DNA of 58,145 nt from Gemmatimonadota bacterium (GTDB lineage: Bacteria > Gemmatimonadota > Gemmatimonadetes > Gemmatimonadales > Gemmatimonadaceae), in the NCBI GenBank assembly GCA_021298835.1, contig JAJTHG010000029.1, forward strand, positions 1 through 58,145, read 5' to 3'. A program made the translations under genes and the position numbers. Below the pieces are notes generated by a model that saw only the letters and a program-made list of their open reading frames with translations, had not been told where the DNA came from and made no database searches. The first letter of the stretch is position 1. Every line of letters begins with the position of its first letter. Below, piece after piece: positions 28,201 to 33,803 of the stretch.

Positions 28201-30598
28201 TCACCACCACGCGGGGGGTCGCGCCGCCCTCGCAGCGAAGCAGCGTCGGCAGGTCGAAGGCGGCGCGAAGTCCGGGCACCGCAGCGACGACGTCACCCTC
28301 ATCGCCGAGCCGCGCCGCGAACCGCCCCGCGGCCCCCTGCACTTCGACAGCGGCCGTCACCGGACCCGGAACGGGCACTCGACACGGCGCCCCGAAGTTC
28401 CCGTCGACGGCGAACCGCAGCGTGTCGTGCTGCACGCGTCCGTCGGCGATGTCCACCAGCGCGGCTGCGCACGCGGGCGGCAGCCCCGGTGCCGCCCCCA
28501 GCGGCAGGCCGAGAGCGCCGGTGAATCCGAAGGTGATCGGGCTGGTGGCACCGGCCCAGTCCGCCCACGCGATGCGCTGGCCCGGCACCCCCCACTCGCG
28601 CAGGCGCAGCGGCCAAAGCCCGGCCGGTCCGATCCCGACCCGCTCATCCCCCCCGCGGGCGTCGATGCCCACGACCTCGAGCCCGGCCGGCGTGGCCACC
28701 ACGTCGCGCAGCGTGAGCGCGGGCCACCGGCGGTCGTACGACGGCGTGAAGCGCAGCGCCAGGTCGAAATCGAACCCTGCCCCCGCGCGCCATCCGAGGC
28801 GACGCACGTCCAGCCGCTCGTGACGGATACGCAGCGCACCATGCACGGACACGGCCCCGAGCTCGCCGTCCTCGCACGACGCCGACGATTCCGACTCGGC
28901 CGTCATCGCCCCCGCCGCGAGGCGAACCGGGAGCGTGGCCTCGCAGGCCGAGGGCCCCCCGAAGTGCACCGCGGCGGCGGCCGTGAGTGCATATGACGCC
29001 GAGCCGCTCGCCGGCAGCACCAGTTCGCCGGCCAGCCCGCGGAGCACCAGCCCCGCGCCCGTCGCCCCACCGGCCATGTCGAAGGCAAGGCGCTCCGGGC
29101 AGGTGGGCCGCAGGCGCACGAGGTCGCGCTCGACGATGGCGTCGAGCCGGCAGGCGACCTCGCGCTCGAGGACGGCGAGCGAGCCGCCGATCTCGAGTGC
29201 CCCCTCGGGGAAGCGGACCGTGATGCGCTGCACCTGCGCCCGGACCGCCGCGTCGCCGATCGCGGGAAGTGCCCGCCGCAGCGTCGCCGTCCCCTCGAGT
29301 CCGTCCGGGGTCAGCGGCAGGCGGCCTTCCATCGCCACCGGGGCCGCCCCGGGGAGCTGCACCGCAGCCCCGACGCTCAGCCCCGACCCGGGGTCGAGGC
29401 GAAGATCGGTCAGCCGCAGCAGCGCCGGAACGCCGAGCGCGCGCGCCACGTCGTCGGGGATCTGGCCGACGAGCCGCCCCGCGAGCAACCGGACGGCCGG
29501 CAGCCGCAGCCGATCGAGCACCAGCCCCTCTGCGCGCAGCGGAATGCGGGCCGCGACCGGCGCCTGGAGTTCGAGCACGAGGTCGCCGCGCACCGAGACG
29601 CCGAACTCGTTGTTGAAGGGTGCCACCTGTGCGCGGCGCAGGCCGCTCAGGTACGCGATCCCGGGGGCGATCTCGAGCCGGTCGGGGAGGTCGAGGGTCG
29701 GGAGCGGGGTGGACGCGTCGCCGGCGCGGAAGGCGAAGAGCTCGGACGACGCGCCCGACCTCGTCACGACCCGACCGGACGCATCCACGACATCGACCTG
29801 CCAGACGTACTCGCGGTCGTCGCGCAGCGGAGGAGCGTCCAGCGGATACAGCAGCAACGGCGACCGCACCGGCACCGTGCCGTCGAACAGCGGGGCGTTC
29901 GCCTGCATCGCGACCTGCAGCGCCTGCTCGGGCTGTCGCTCCACGACACGGACCCGGTACTGCAGCGTGGACGTCGGCGAGGCCCTGATGGGCATCCATT
30001 GAAAGGCCGGCTGCGTCCCCTGCACGCGCGTGCCGTTGGCGGGACTCAGGAGCTGCGGCGGTTCCGGCAGCCGGATGTCGCGGTCGGTGCACTGCTCCGG
30101 ACCGAGCGCAGCCCCGCCGACGCCCGCGAGGACGCGCGCACACAGCGTGAGGCGCCCCTCGGGCAGCTGGCCGGTCCTGATCGCGGCGCCCACGACCGAC
30201 TGGTCGCTCGACACCGTCTGCCACTCGAGCACGTCGATGAGACTGAAGACCTGCGACGACGGCCCCGCAGCGAATGACAGCAGCGGGCTGCGGACCCTGC
30301 CGATCTCGCGCCCGTTCACCCGGACGAAGGCCTCGAGGCGGTAGTCGAGCGCGGCCGCCCCGGTGTAGAGCACGTTGAGGTATGCGGCCTGCGGGTCCCG
30401 TTCCCAATCGGTCGTGAACGGGCTCGGCTCCGACCGGACGAACACGGTCACCGACGTCGTTGGCTGGGCACCCAGGGCCCCGGCCCACAGCACCCCCGCC
30501 AGGGCCCCGGCCGCCACCGCAAACCCAGCGCGCCACATGGCGGACACGGCCTCGCGAGCCGTGTCCGTCTCCAGCGCCTCCTTCCGAGCCCGGAACAT
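10199..30598 (-). CDS. Giant (~6,800 aa) secreted modular repeat protein of unrecognised family. It has an N-terminal unique region, 5-6 tandem ~750-aa modules, and a C-terminal region with a coiled coil plus Ig/FN3-like domains.
   Basis: A single uninterrupted 20.4-kb ORF with normal amino-acid composition, unlike its R/G-rich shadows. Signal peptide MWRAGFAVAAGALAGVLWAGALGAQP is preceded by a 20-aa extension from the first ATG at 30598 (TTG at 30607 in the track). Repeating motifs recur with ~750-aa spacing: ...P[QR]CP[VIL]..G...L.PG....G.GVP (5 copies), DLPVRF[ED]QLELTR.G..G.VEVG (5), and AYLD..GLHPDD.LA.LP.LPDSIALP..DVAYVRLKD (6). The C-terminal part has V.A.D.AGN.S Ig/FN3-like signatures and ends without a beta-barrel. 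Confidence 0.75.
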   Translation of the reverse strand: MFRARKEALETDTAREAVSAMWRAGFAVAAGALAGVLWAGALGAQPTTSVTVFVRSEPSPFTTDWERDPQAAYLNVLYTGAAALDYRLEAFVRVNGREIGRVRSPLLSFAAGPSSQVFSLIDVLEWQTVSSDQSVVGAAIRTGQLPEGRLTLCARVLAGVGGAALGPEQCTDRDIRLPEPPQLLSPANGTRVQGTQPAFQWMPIRASPTSTLQYRVRVVERQPEQALQVAMQANAPLFDGTVPVRSPLLLYPLDAPPLRDDREYVWQVDVVDASGRVVTRSGASSELFAFRAGDASTPLPTLDLPDRLEIAPGIAYLSGLRRAQVAPFNNEFGVSVRGDLVLELQAPVAARIPLRAEGLVLDRLRLPAVRLLAGRLVGQIPDDVARALGVPALLRLTDLRLDPGSGLSVGAAVQLPGAAPVAMEGRLPLTPDGLEGTATLRRALPAIGDAAVRAQVQRITVRFPEGALEIGGSLAVLEREVACRLDAIVERDLVRLRPTCPERLAFDMAGGATGAGLVLRGLAGELVLPASGSASYALTAAAAVHFGGPSACEATLPVRLAAGAMTAESESSASCEDGELGAVSVHGALRIRHERLDVRRLGWRAGAGFDFDLALRFTPSYDRRWPALTLRDVVATPAGLEVVGIDARGGDERVGIGPAGLWPLRLREWGVPGQRIAWADWAGATSPITFGFTGALGLPLGAAPGLPPACAAALVDIADGRVQHDTLRFAVDGNFGAPCRVPVPGPVTAAVEVQGAAGRFAARLGDEGDVVAAVPGLRAAFDLPTLLRCEGGATPRVVVSDPVAIVGPPTAAWPLPLVRGTASGIALPCPVALGGAQLQAASLEVRLSERDGRQAIDLAFDAEAELRLADQPVRARGAVVVDAIAGRLRDGQLVFQGPLRLDMPREAPLLRFQVNSVALTSAGLQVDGRGLLLVGETAPIGVTFAAATLDASDLQLTAGRITFDAAIGLEASLEPTGRQGLALQAVAAGAPMTLRNGVRLDLAAQAALTPEGLQASGDADARLLFDGSDYGDLRVRFVDDFRLGMSPPAVQQGRAELLRRGSRVAWLDAQGFHADWQSVARLVPARLPLPTEATAYLQVRDPQGNLLVDFETTDAGVRVFTPGTATVALVLPVLARGGVTPSLQAGFSFVVDPVSREVRTGSVRVSVPEASRDQFDLSSMGIPFRIDEVAYERRSGGPMELLLRGRTRFADATQGPTAGITLAVSADGDVSGRFDLTGESVLPLDAGPRAPRFVLTRLFGAVQASLRGAAGPASFEVEADGRLELPLATGAPWTASVGLRLSPSGVVVTRLTADRPEVESELGGMRVALRRLRAPRIAWDAVRRRFDWELQFDVAITPTQLPGLVLPELRDIVLSSGGLVLPETNVPNLTAASFTWNGFRVRPLAFRLARTEIDWSAGTVRGTFGATFDLGLRFDDGAPLPSFLRGAELTVLGAGFRDGYVVGTIEARPVSGGSLLLGTAADGPSLRVTRLAGSLVTPMSRGLPDDPAKRPLVVVTADASLSLGSFGQCPGASATVTPLPAGSVRLQPDGTPSGIVENLVPQCPVSLGALTLVPGPSQLGFNVPAPGVEGSGETIWLSGRMTARLPATASSTAAATAAATAAATPVTASGSLTVDLVRGAVLDGAIALESPFRVGLPATQPVVTLTAKAARLDRDGFTLSGDGGLVSGAAPIDARVTLEDLRLSTRDLSVVAGRAVVRGDVAITGTFGPGGIRLALESGRAPLPTGTYVRLQAPEALVLSAGGVSLEGSARASLRLLGESLDGLRLTFSRDFALSLAPFAVASGRADLFRDDKAVAYLTPAGIFPVNILAALPPLPDSIALPSFDVAYVRLKDPAGQLVIDAGLVADDRLQLATRRNAPLQFVLPGLARAPGEAPPVVDADMSLVVDARTMLPVSGRVSAAAPAGAPPLLSLADRGVPVGLRRVTFSADPAGARVVVAGDAELPAALRNLPVRFEQLELTRSGIVGAVEVGVVDQRYVPGRTPVGEVALDERNPESLRLALTGARVEFGATPGLQVSGRLTSSLFTPPGATGASVLFVRGRIGTTGAALTVDPQSAPGGALALGPLAFTLEPVAGQPAAAFEADATRARLVLSGVLRVPGLGAGLEVSAAGLAIGTDGLTMPQLRVRGPTGLDVLGTRLQFGDENGAGLTLALERTPSNTFELVAEGQARLMGSPAQGALVQCPAAAGVPPQAVAVSLRLGGAAGIRGRIDNAVPRCPIALGPLTLVPGATTFGINEAVTAGGPPVALWARGEMSASLDVLAGGATGRASGTLTMDLAQGRILDGALSFGAAVALDLPRRNPVFRFTGVSARLDRTGVVVDGSGQLPLGGGLPPVSVQFENLTFDVASLGITAGRAVIGASVGLEARLSGSRLDWQVVDPAAPDPAGATFARLALPAQVAIGQGGLALSAQASARFGIAQDAPSDVAVAFVDDFTLGLEPFGVQRGRAELRSAAGRRIAYLDRSGLHPDDILAALPTLPRRIGLPDEATAYLEVTDEQNRLRVQSSIDGNHVRIRPVPGFGGVRLVIPALREGSAPAPTVDVDFDLLVNARTFAVMEGAVGVTAPDGRPPLLAAQVAGGALEVRQLAFAAAVGGYRLTAGGRLRLPPALQALDLQVQDLVVGPQGLSGTVELGTYDRTFVAGRRVVATTTVFEDATDTLTLQLTGGRFTIAGGQASLALSGLMRATLFATGTGPARLVPPLFFTGTMGPVGGALDVATTTGTIQTIALGPAQFDLQALGGQPALAATVGAQGMSVRASGVLRVPSLSPGFRVEVAALSMGTSGVTVGSVRVQRPEDAELEALGTKLALKDSTGPSNVYPALALERTPGGAWVLAVNGRVTLRDDVYTGSSGACRSAPGRNQVVTVAMRVGTDGTFTGRFDDVLPQCPIAFGPLALTPGRVSIGVGVPLPADAGVAAAPAAWMRGSMTASFPGAQPGQSVTASGQVLLDLATPRLLDGAVALAQPARIGVPFTNPALQFTVTQATIDRRGLVLGGQASLATAAGAAVTANLENLTLSLATGQVTDGRARFTSRVALRATVAAGGLTWVAESPDAPAPTGSYARLVLPGAAGFDRHGFQLDGTATAAVVVADRPLATATASFADGFTLGLSPVAVTAGRVDFIATQRRVAWLDADGLHPDDVLALLPPLPDSIALPSWDVAYVRLKDQDGNAVVSASAAGTNAYRLTTRAAGRGLQFVLPGLKASPTGVAPVVEASVDANFNSQTWALMSGSVVAEAPAGSPALLSLASQGIPVELRRVGVAAASGAVTVTVGGRAQLPAALRDLPVRFDQLELTRDGLRGRVEVGTYDAQFVAGRPVVASVPLLQGADQLTLDLTGARLELGGAQRGVSLSGVVRTTLFAAPGAAGAPVARPIFYTGSVTAQGTAFTLDPSQFAGRELPFGPATFRLQAVGNSPALALEADADAVTLTASGELRVPAIGPDFAIRLAGFRIGTRGVVAPQVSVAGTPPALTLAGARVTPDPAAIGLERETDGAWAIRLGGQAQLLGDVTAGALASCPGSPATAQAVRLDLRLSTAGTIRGRLDDVVPRCPVTIGEVVLTPGTVSLGFGVPAVAGGPAVPVWMRGALSLDLRALSAEATGRATGQLTLDLSRGVVLDGRLDLGAQVALDLPRQSPLLRFRDVRAALDRTGLTFSGVGRLAMPAGLDPVTATFTDVVVPFAQPRIASGSIRVEGRAAVQVRLDAGAFTWEVVRPDAALPTTTFARVAVPGAITVDAEGVHFAGEAIARFSATGTGTPSDVTVRFTPDFAVGLAPVAVQGGRAELWARSSRVAYLDRTGLVPVNVVALLDDVPDVLQLPDSNTAYIRIRSADARRDFLFDVSVSGSSMLLRTWPGQRVPLVLPALRSAGGAVPEVQVAFDVTVNVATRQVTEGGVSALAADGAPALVSLASLGVPLEVRQLGFAAGPAGYRFTVGGRAELPPALASLPLEVRDVEVGPQGLRGTVELGTWDATYIAGRTAVASATLWSDGKDTLAIALTGARLTLAGAQSSLGLSGRLLATPFADRSADPSAPVPPLFFTGTASRAGAQLAVALTGPGAPLIRAGPLEVALASVGGAPPLAFTANAQRAALVLSGEARIPSLSPTFALRVGGFAVATDGISVQTVQVASPTAAEFEAFGRKLSFKDTTAGGPEPVYPTVGLRRLASGAWEIAVNGRITIRDDLAAGSFASCSASSGVRAQVVGVDLRVSTAGAFAGRFDNVAPRCPLSFGAVTVTPGVVSIGIGVPVPSGRTTDRTPAAWLDGTVSVDLPAPSGTGTTRLTGSALFDLASPALLDGSIATAQPVRIGFPAANPVFTFDLTQGRIDRRGIVLSGQGTLASTTGATVRATFTDLALAFDGLVVTGGSARLDNSVALTATVGDSGLRFRAEAAGAPAPGGTYARLVLPSAVTFGAAGLGVAGTASAALVVNNQSFLQADAVFRDGFTLGWSPVAVSAGAVDFRTSNRTVATLDAQGLHPQDVLVVAQNVIPDSIAIGGGFDVAYVRLKQGGNLLVSTGYDVPTQRLTISTLAGTEGIPLVLPSLRPEPGQPVSLTNAPRIVRVRGSLTTHLPTGQFVSGELGIKAAAGQAIPGLDQLGLPITIDSIGVASVSGQWTVGISAAAKLPAPLSNLNLRFDNLTLGPQGISGAVSVGHVDNAFVASRPALTTASFQSNGEEALGLDLTGARLEFSAGTPPTIRLVGRLRSALFPGAEGAAAPLFVTGTAGPSGASLTVSQTATGGQGLPIGPAFLNLTTVTAAVLQGDFRVTLDGTLTVPAASNTFVVAVNGLVLSTRDGISAPTMSLSAANGPQVTLFGLQFRLQDQTVTTNGQPQLYRAVAFRRVGQPRVAEVELAGTVTFLEANNTSTFYGLTVRTDGTVGLAGANLLSRPIDIVANQVRLKTASIANNALSVTVGVRLPAPLDSRGEQDASVTLNRDGTVQGSALVSVVAPEPTLTAAPTPGRRWAVGPATIHLRALDVSFDFSSQFRTNSWARAAFDVYLGPPRQGTPSDPAPRIRIGELGANDRTLSGFRLGFDGTPLVDGVSSAGEFTFDFQVLKLKVKGVSAPAVTPNLSLSANDTLVRFSGDLSVNLGSTVSGSLVFEDFAVLKSGAVAIKPGGIRTGTFTIASVVTATVKDPIWKTSTTPFKAAISRASAPKQVSKDAPADSSEQIDVLTQLEFAASVDILPGTGKGGGAAFSGGIEKFQLLGKAGGGVVVSLRGATIKMPEAGLDVSGNFFLNTFPTPGDFDLETSLSGTVSKLGSVKLFGVVESRTTGPEPLRAGIFVAASIAGGVTLVPPVPVASLLEFGGGFFYKPRTEWITSVQDLAQVPQTPAEGMAMLAGPKGTPTFALMLYAKLAAPPTPLSAVTGRVLLTVTDAGLALNGRFVFLSQDRGLQADGTLTLGFRPMQFYGTLTLRGCFGEIEAKVCDGLVPNPGRTVTAADKDAIRRKTAVVLEGSVTAYVFADGRWAVVGSIDATVAGLISGSARFAVQPAGMYFNLKIKPLAMAIPLLEVDTISIRAFWLRDEDLLGAAGRVKVTLKPFGLTLVGIDMTGALLVRPVFKVYAAVEVFVGPIPIILPERAAIGVWASLSPADGIRGGLGKDPQMEALLKRTEAIADELDRARNSTEAELAAVPEMEPLYSDTELAAAFEASVGDIRQIMRIASSSPGAVFSILALYTYLCGVEELPGRPNPCGEPGGPYPGSGNFVAALDTTGEGLVRDSLRAAVVAMNDLRPALQQARAAAGALTNRLTPFVPSFTVPAIDTTAVQGDTSDVVSSAPPSSLAGSKGESGLGPLNETITAAQLVSGPTMSARPDAVRNNAATAATSDAQGAAVAAGTRLRIDELEQVLASVRGATRSAASGSLMATASAYAAVVTRIDRVLGQVGNHLARRRNEFRGEVAALDADRPLASQSIAARTSTLNAGEVTRLITQRTDRLQALTQKPPAARPTGATDAMYANQLGEDLWWGTFRAGYESARKSTDSLLVALETRRATSFGIARANAMRLAAALDRLNQVQADAAGALYDLYDRILLTDGTLTPAQVATFTTRKAELARELTVPTVSGFQVTTSVDGYLVTTTYRWNAQHPDGIHEFQIRDNVAGTATGFMSLGAPTTLRGGVTNQRAAAGSATQPSVAAGSVRTATFTTWRAARVGNPPPPSGLVTVAARGGAGYRGQQSGVVTLPVVRWDASTQVRPTTTTAGADVTPPAFVLAPRWEGGRRQATTPFVTWVRDPRDVILRWDARDHESGIRDSRLTLFRASGFIDKSVASSSSFTLLENARSVGGRQWIGLPSLDLREDAPPIHVTVEVENGSGIPTAAMSDGVALDTTGPAWPANARFVENALAIGSGSGGTLGGTLGGTLGVTLGGTLGGTPGTVTGFPRSTGTPTAPARLGDACLGMRPTMMPLRSAAPAPAVVSFRVPTATDTRSGVQRFAWRLDTLPVAAYDSATWQADTWQTLRSLDGPSASTMDPGTWARARRAFERDWTLYGVALDVAGNVSPVLASTPFRFPDPTGPADPVYCADLVSAGTFVLSPLRLSRDNETGVAGYRYGIWDVTANAWVRELPGGAAVDWPSLVSGISVNLPPVGLTDGHSYRVALQAVNGAGQASVYGAAGDMLWDGSVPATPTIASARLPWLASCGTVSSGTRCLNASFAAPADPHSGLLEIEWRFHWNVLAALWGTPAPSLGGTLTPGATSLSVAVPTGDASQAAPVLMIRSRNGAGMWSDWASRGIVIEQGPPSMQLPDGTTGAVMRDRAAATATSGAGMTTSGARATTSTRQGWPP
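11438..11506. repeat. 12-bp tandem repeat (about 5.5 copies of gccgccaagtgt) inside the giant gene.
   Basis: Direct reading of the sequence: tgccgccaagtg repeated. On the coding (minus) strand it encodes the flexible linker GGTLGGTLGGTLGVTLGGTLGG. Confidence 0.8.
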
Positions 30599-30701
30599 GG
30601 GCGGCAACAGTACTCGCCGTTGTCACCGCTTCCTCAATCAAGTCAAACGCATGTCCCCAAACAACTTGTGCCGTGCCAAGCAGGACCCGGAACGCCCCCG
30701 G

Positions 30702-32000
30702 CTACTCTCCGTCGTCGACTCGGCGCGTCTGGTTGAGCGAATTCACCAGCCCCTTGAGGTCGATCCCCAGCGTCGCCGCCGCCCCTTCCAGCAACTGCCA
30801 CGTCCCCGCCACCCGCGCGGAGGTCGCGTTGCCGATCGCGTTCCCCTGCCCCCCATCCATGACAATCAGCTTCTCGATCGACATCCCCTTGGCCCCGTCC
30901 GCCGCCACCTGCACCAGCGCCGGCAGCTGCTGGAGCAGCAGCAACGGAATCGCCTGTTCGGGATTCCGCTGCAGCGTCTCGAGAATCGCCGCCGTCGCCT
31001 CCGCCCGCGCCTTGCCCTCCTCGCGCAGCGGCGCCGCCGCGGCCTGCGCCTCGAGCAGGGCACGGCGCTGCGCCGCCTCGGCCGGCTTGATCACATCGGC
31101 CAGGAGGCGTCGCTCCTCGAGCTCCGCGCGCGCCAGCTGGACCGCCTGCTGCGCCCGGGCTTCGGCCTCGAGTGCCGCCGCGCGCGCGACCTTCTCGGTG
31201 GTCTCGGCTTCCTGCTCGAGCTGGGCGCGTCGGACGCGGAGCTGGTTCTCGGCCTCCGACACCGCCCGCGACGCGTTGGCCGCGGCCACGCGCGCGCGCT
31301 GATCCGCCTCGGCCCGCGAGATCTCCGCGAGCGACTTGGCCTGCGCTTCGGCAATCTCCGCATTGCGCAGCACCTCGGCGGTCCGGGCTCGGGCGTTGGC
31401 GATGAGGTAGCCATTGTCGTCCGAGATCTGCTGCAGCTTGAGCAGGTCGAGCTCGAGGCCGAGCGACGCCAGCGAGCGCGAGGCCTCGTCGAGCAGCGCG
31501 CGCTCGAAGCGCTCGCGATCCTCGTTGGCCTCTTCGGGGGTGAGCGTGGCGAGCACGCCGCGCAGCGCCGCCATGAGCGTCTCGTTGGCGAGGCGCTTGA
31601 TCTCGTTCGGGTCGCGGTCGAGCAGCCGCTCGATCGCGTTGGCGAGCACCGCCGCCGGCCGCGACGCCACCTTGACGTTGGCGACGGCATCCACGTTGAG
31701 CGCGATGCCGCCCTTCGAAATCGCCCCCTTCACGGTGATGTTCACCTGCATCACGTCGAGCGACAGGTATTGCACGCGCTCGAGGATCGGAATGACGAGC
31801 GTACGCCCGCCGCTCACGAGCCGATACCCGCGCAACTCGCCGTCGGACTCGCGCGTCGCACCGGTGATCACCGAGACGACGTTCGGCGGTACCACGAGCA
31901 GGAACTTGAGCAGCGCGGCGACGACGAGTCCGACGGCCATCACGACGATGAAGCCGGTGCCGAGGGCACCGATGGGCAACTGCGCGAGAAGCGTGTCCAT
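30702..32000 (-). CDS. floT: Flotillin-like SPFH/band-7 domain protein.
   Basis: Translation from ATG 31998-32000: MDTLLAQLPIGALGTGFIVVMAVGLVVAALLKFLLVVPPNVVSVITG... The N-terminal membrane hairpin, SPFH core (VQYLSLDVMQVNITVKGAISKGGIALNVDAVANVKV), and long Ala/Glu/Arg-rich coiled coil (EA/EAQ flotillin repeats) are typical of YuaG/FloT. The track ORF 30702..32255 has an 85-codon junk N-extension. Confidence 0.85.
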   Translation of the reverse strand: MDTLLAQLPIGALGTGFIVVMAVGLVVAALLKFLLVVPPNVVSVITGATRESDGELRGYRLVSGGRTLVIPILERVQYLSLDVMQVNITVKGAISKGGIALNVDAVANVKVASRPAAVLANAIERLLDRDPNEIKRLANETLMAALRGVLATLTPEEANEDRERFERALLDEASRSLASLGLELDLLKLQQISDDNGYLIANARARTAEVLRNAEIAEAQAKSLAEISRAEADQRARVAAANASRAVSEAENQLRVRRAQLEQEAETTEKVARAAALEAEARAQQAVQLARAELEERRLLADVIKPAEAAQRRALLEAQAAAAPLREEGKARAEATAAILETLQRNPEQAIPLLLLQQLPALVQVAADGAKGMSIEKLIVMDGGQGNAIGNATSARVAGTWQLLEGAAATLGIDLKGLVNSLNQTRRVDDGE

Positions 32001-32037
32001 GGCAATTGAGAGGGGCTCTGGGAAACGGGACCGCGCG

Positions 32038-32550
32038 TCAGCGCGGCGAAACGCGAAGCACGCCGTCGGCGTCGATGGCGTCAACCGCCACGGGCGCGTC
32101 ACCTGGCACGGCGGTTGACGAGGCGGCCTCGACATCCGTCCAGCGGGCCCGCAGTTCGCGGACGGCACCGCCCGAGGTGAGGCGCACGAGGCCCACGGGC
32201 TGCGCCGACGTCGGCGGCAGGATCCAGCGACCGTCGGCGGCCAGGAGGTCGGCATCGGTCAGGGGGCGCGCCCCGTCGGTGCGTACCAGCCAGCGGAGTC
32301 CCAGCCGGCCGAGGGCCAGCACGACGCCGCCCGACACCGCCGCCATCGCCCACGCCAGAAGCGGCGTCGCGCCGAGCGGCCCGAGATGCAGCATCGCCAC
32401 CAGGCCGGCGGCCGACGACGCGGCCAGCCAGACGACACCACGCCGGCTCAGCGCACCGTGCACGCCGCCGCCATCTGCGCCATCCCCCACGACGAACAGC
32501 ACGCCGAGGAGGCCGAGGGACACCACGGTCAGGAAGACAGCGGCGGTCAT
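32038..32550 (-). CDS. NfeD-family membrane protein, partner of flotillin.
   Basis: MTAAVFLTVVSLGLLGVLFVV... has 3 hydrophobic helices, then a C-terminal soluble beta-rich domain (VRLTSGGAVRELRARWTDVEA...). It is ~170 aa and lies immediately upstream of the flotillin gene, as in yuaF-yuaG type operons. The alternative start at 32577 adds 9 aa. Confidence 0.65.
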   Translation of the reverse strand: MTAAVFLTVVSLGLLGVLFVVGDGADGGGVHGALSRRGVVWLAASSAAGLVAMLHLGPLGATPLLAWAMAAVSGGVVLALGRLGLRWLVRTDGARPLTDADLLAADGRWILPPTSAQPVGLVRLTSGGAVRELRARWTDVEAASSTAVPGDAPVAVDAIDADGVLRVSPR

Positions 32551-32632
32551 GGGGCGGGAACATAGTGGAGGGGCCACCGCAGCCGGGCGAGTTGTCCCCC
32601 GGTGCGCGGACGGATAGTTTGCAGGTCTCCGA

Positions 32633-33780
<1,148 letters not shown>

Positions 33781-33803
33781 GGGGGACCAAGCTAACTTTG
33801 CGC

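Noticed and set aside
30608-30701. Possible promoter (TTGACT...ACAACG) and an AAGGAGG Shine-Dalgarno sequence for the giant gene.
   Set aside because: The -10 hexamer is poor. The perfect AAGGAGG lies inside the first codons, 38 nt upstream of the signal-peptide Met, which is too far to serve it. Start choice among TTG 30607, ATG 30598 and ATG 30538 remains ambiguous.
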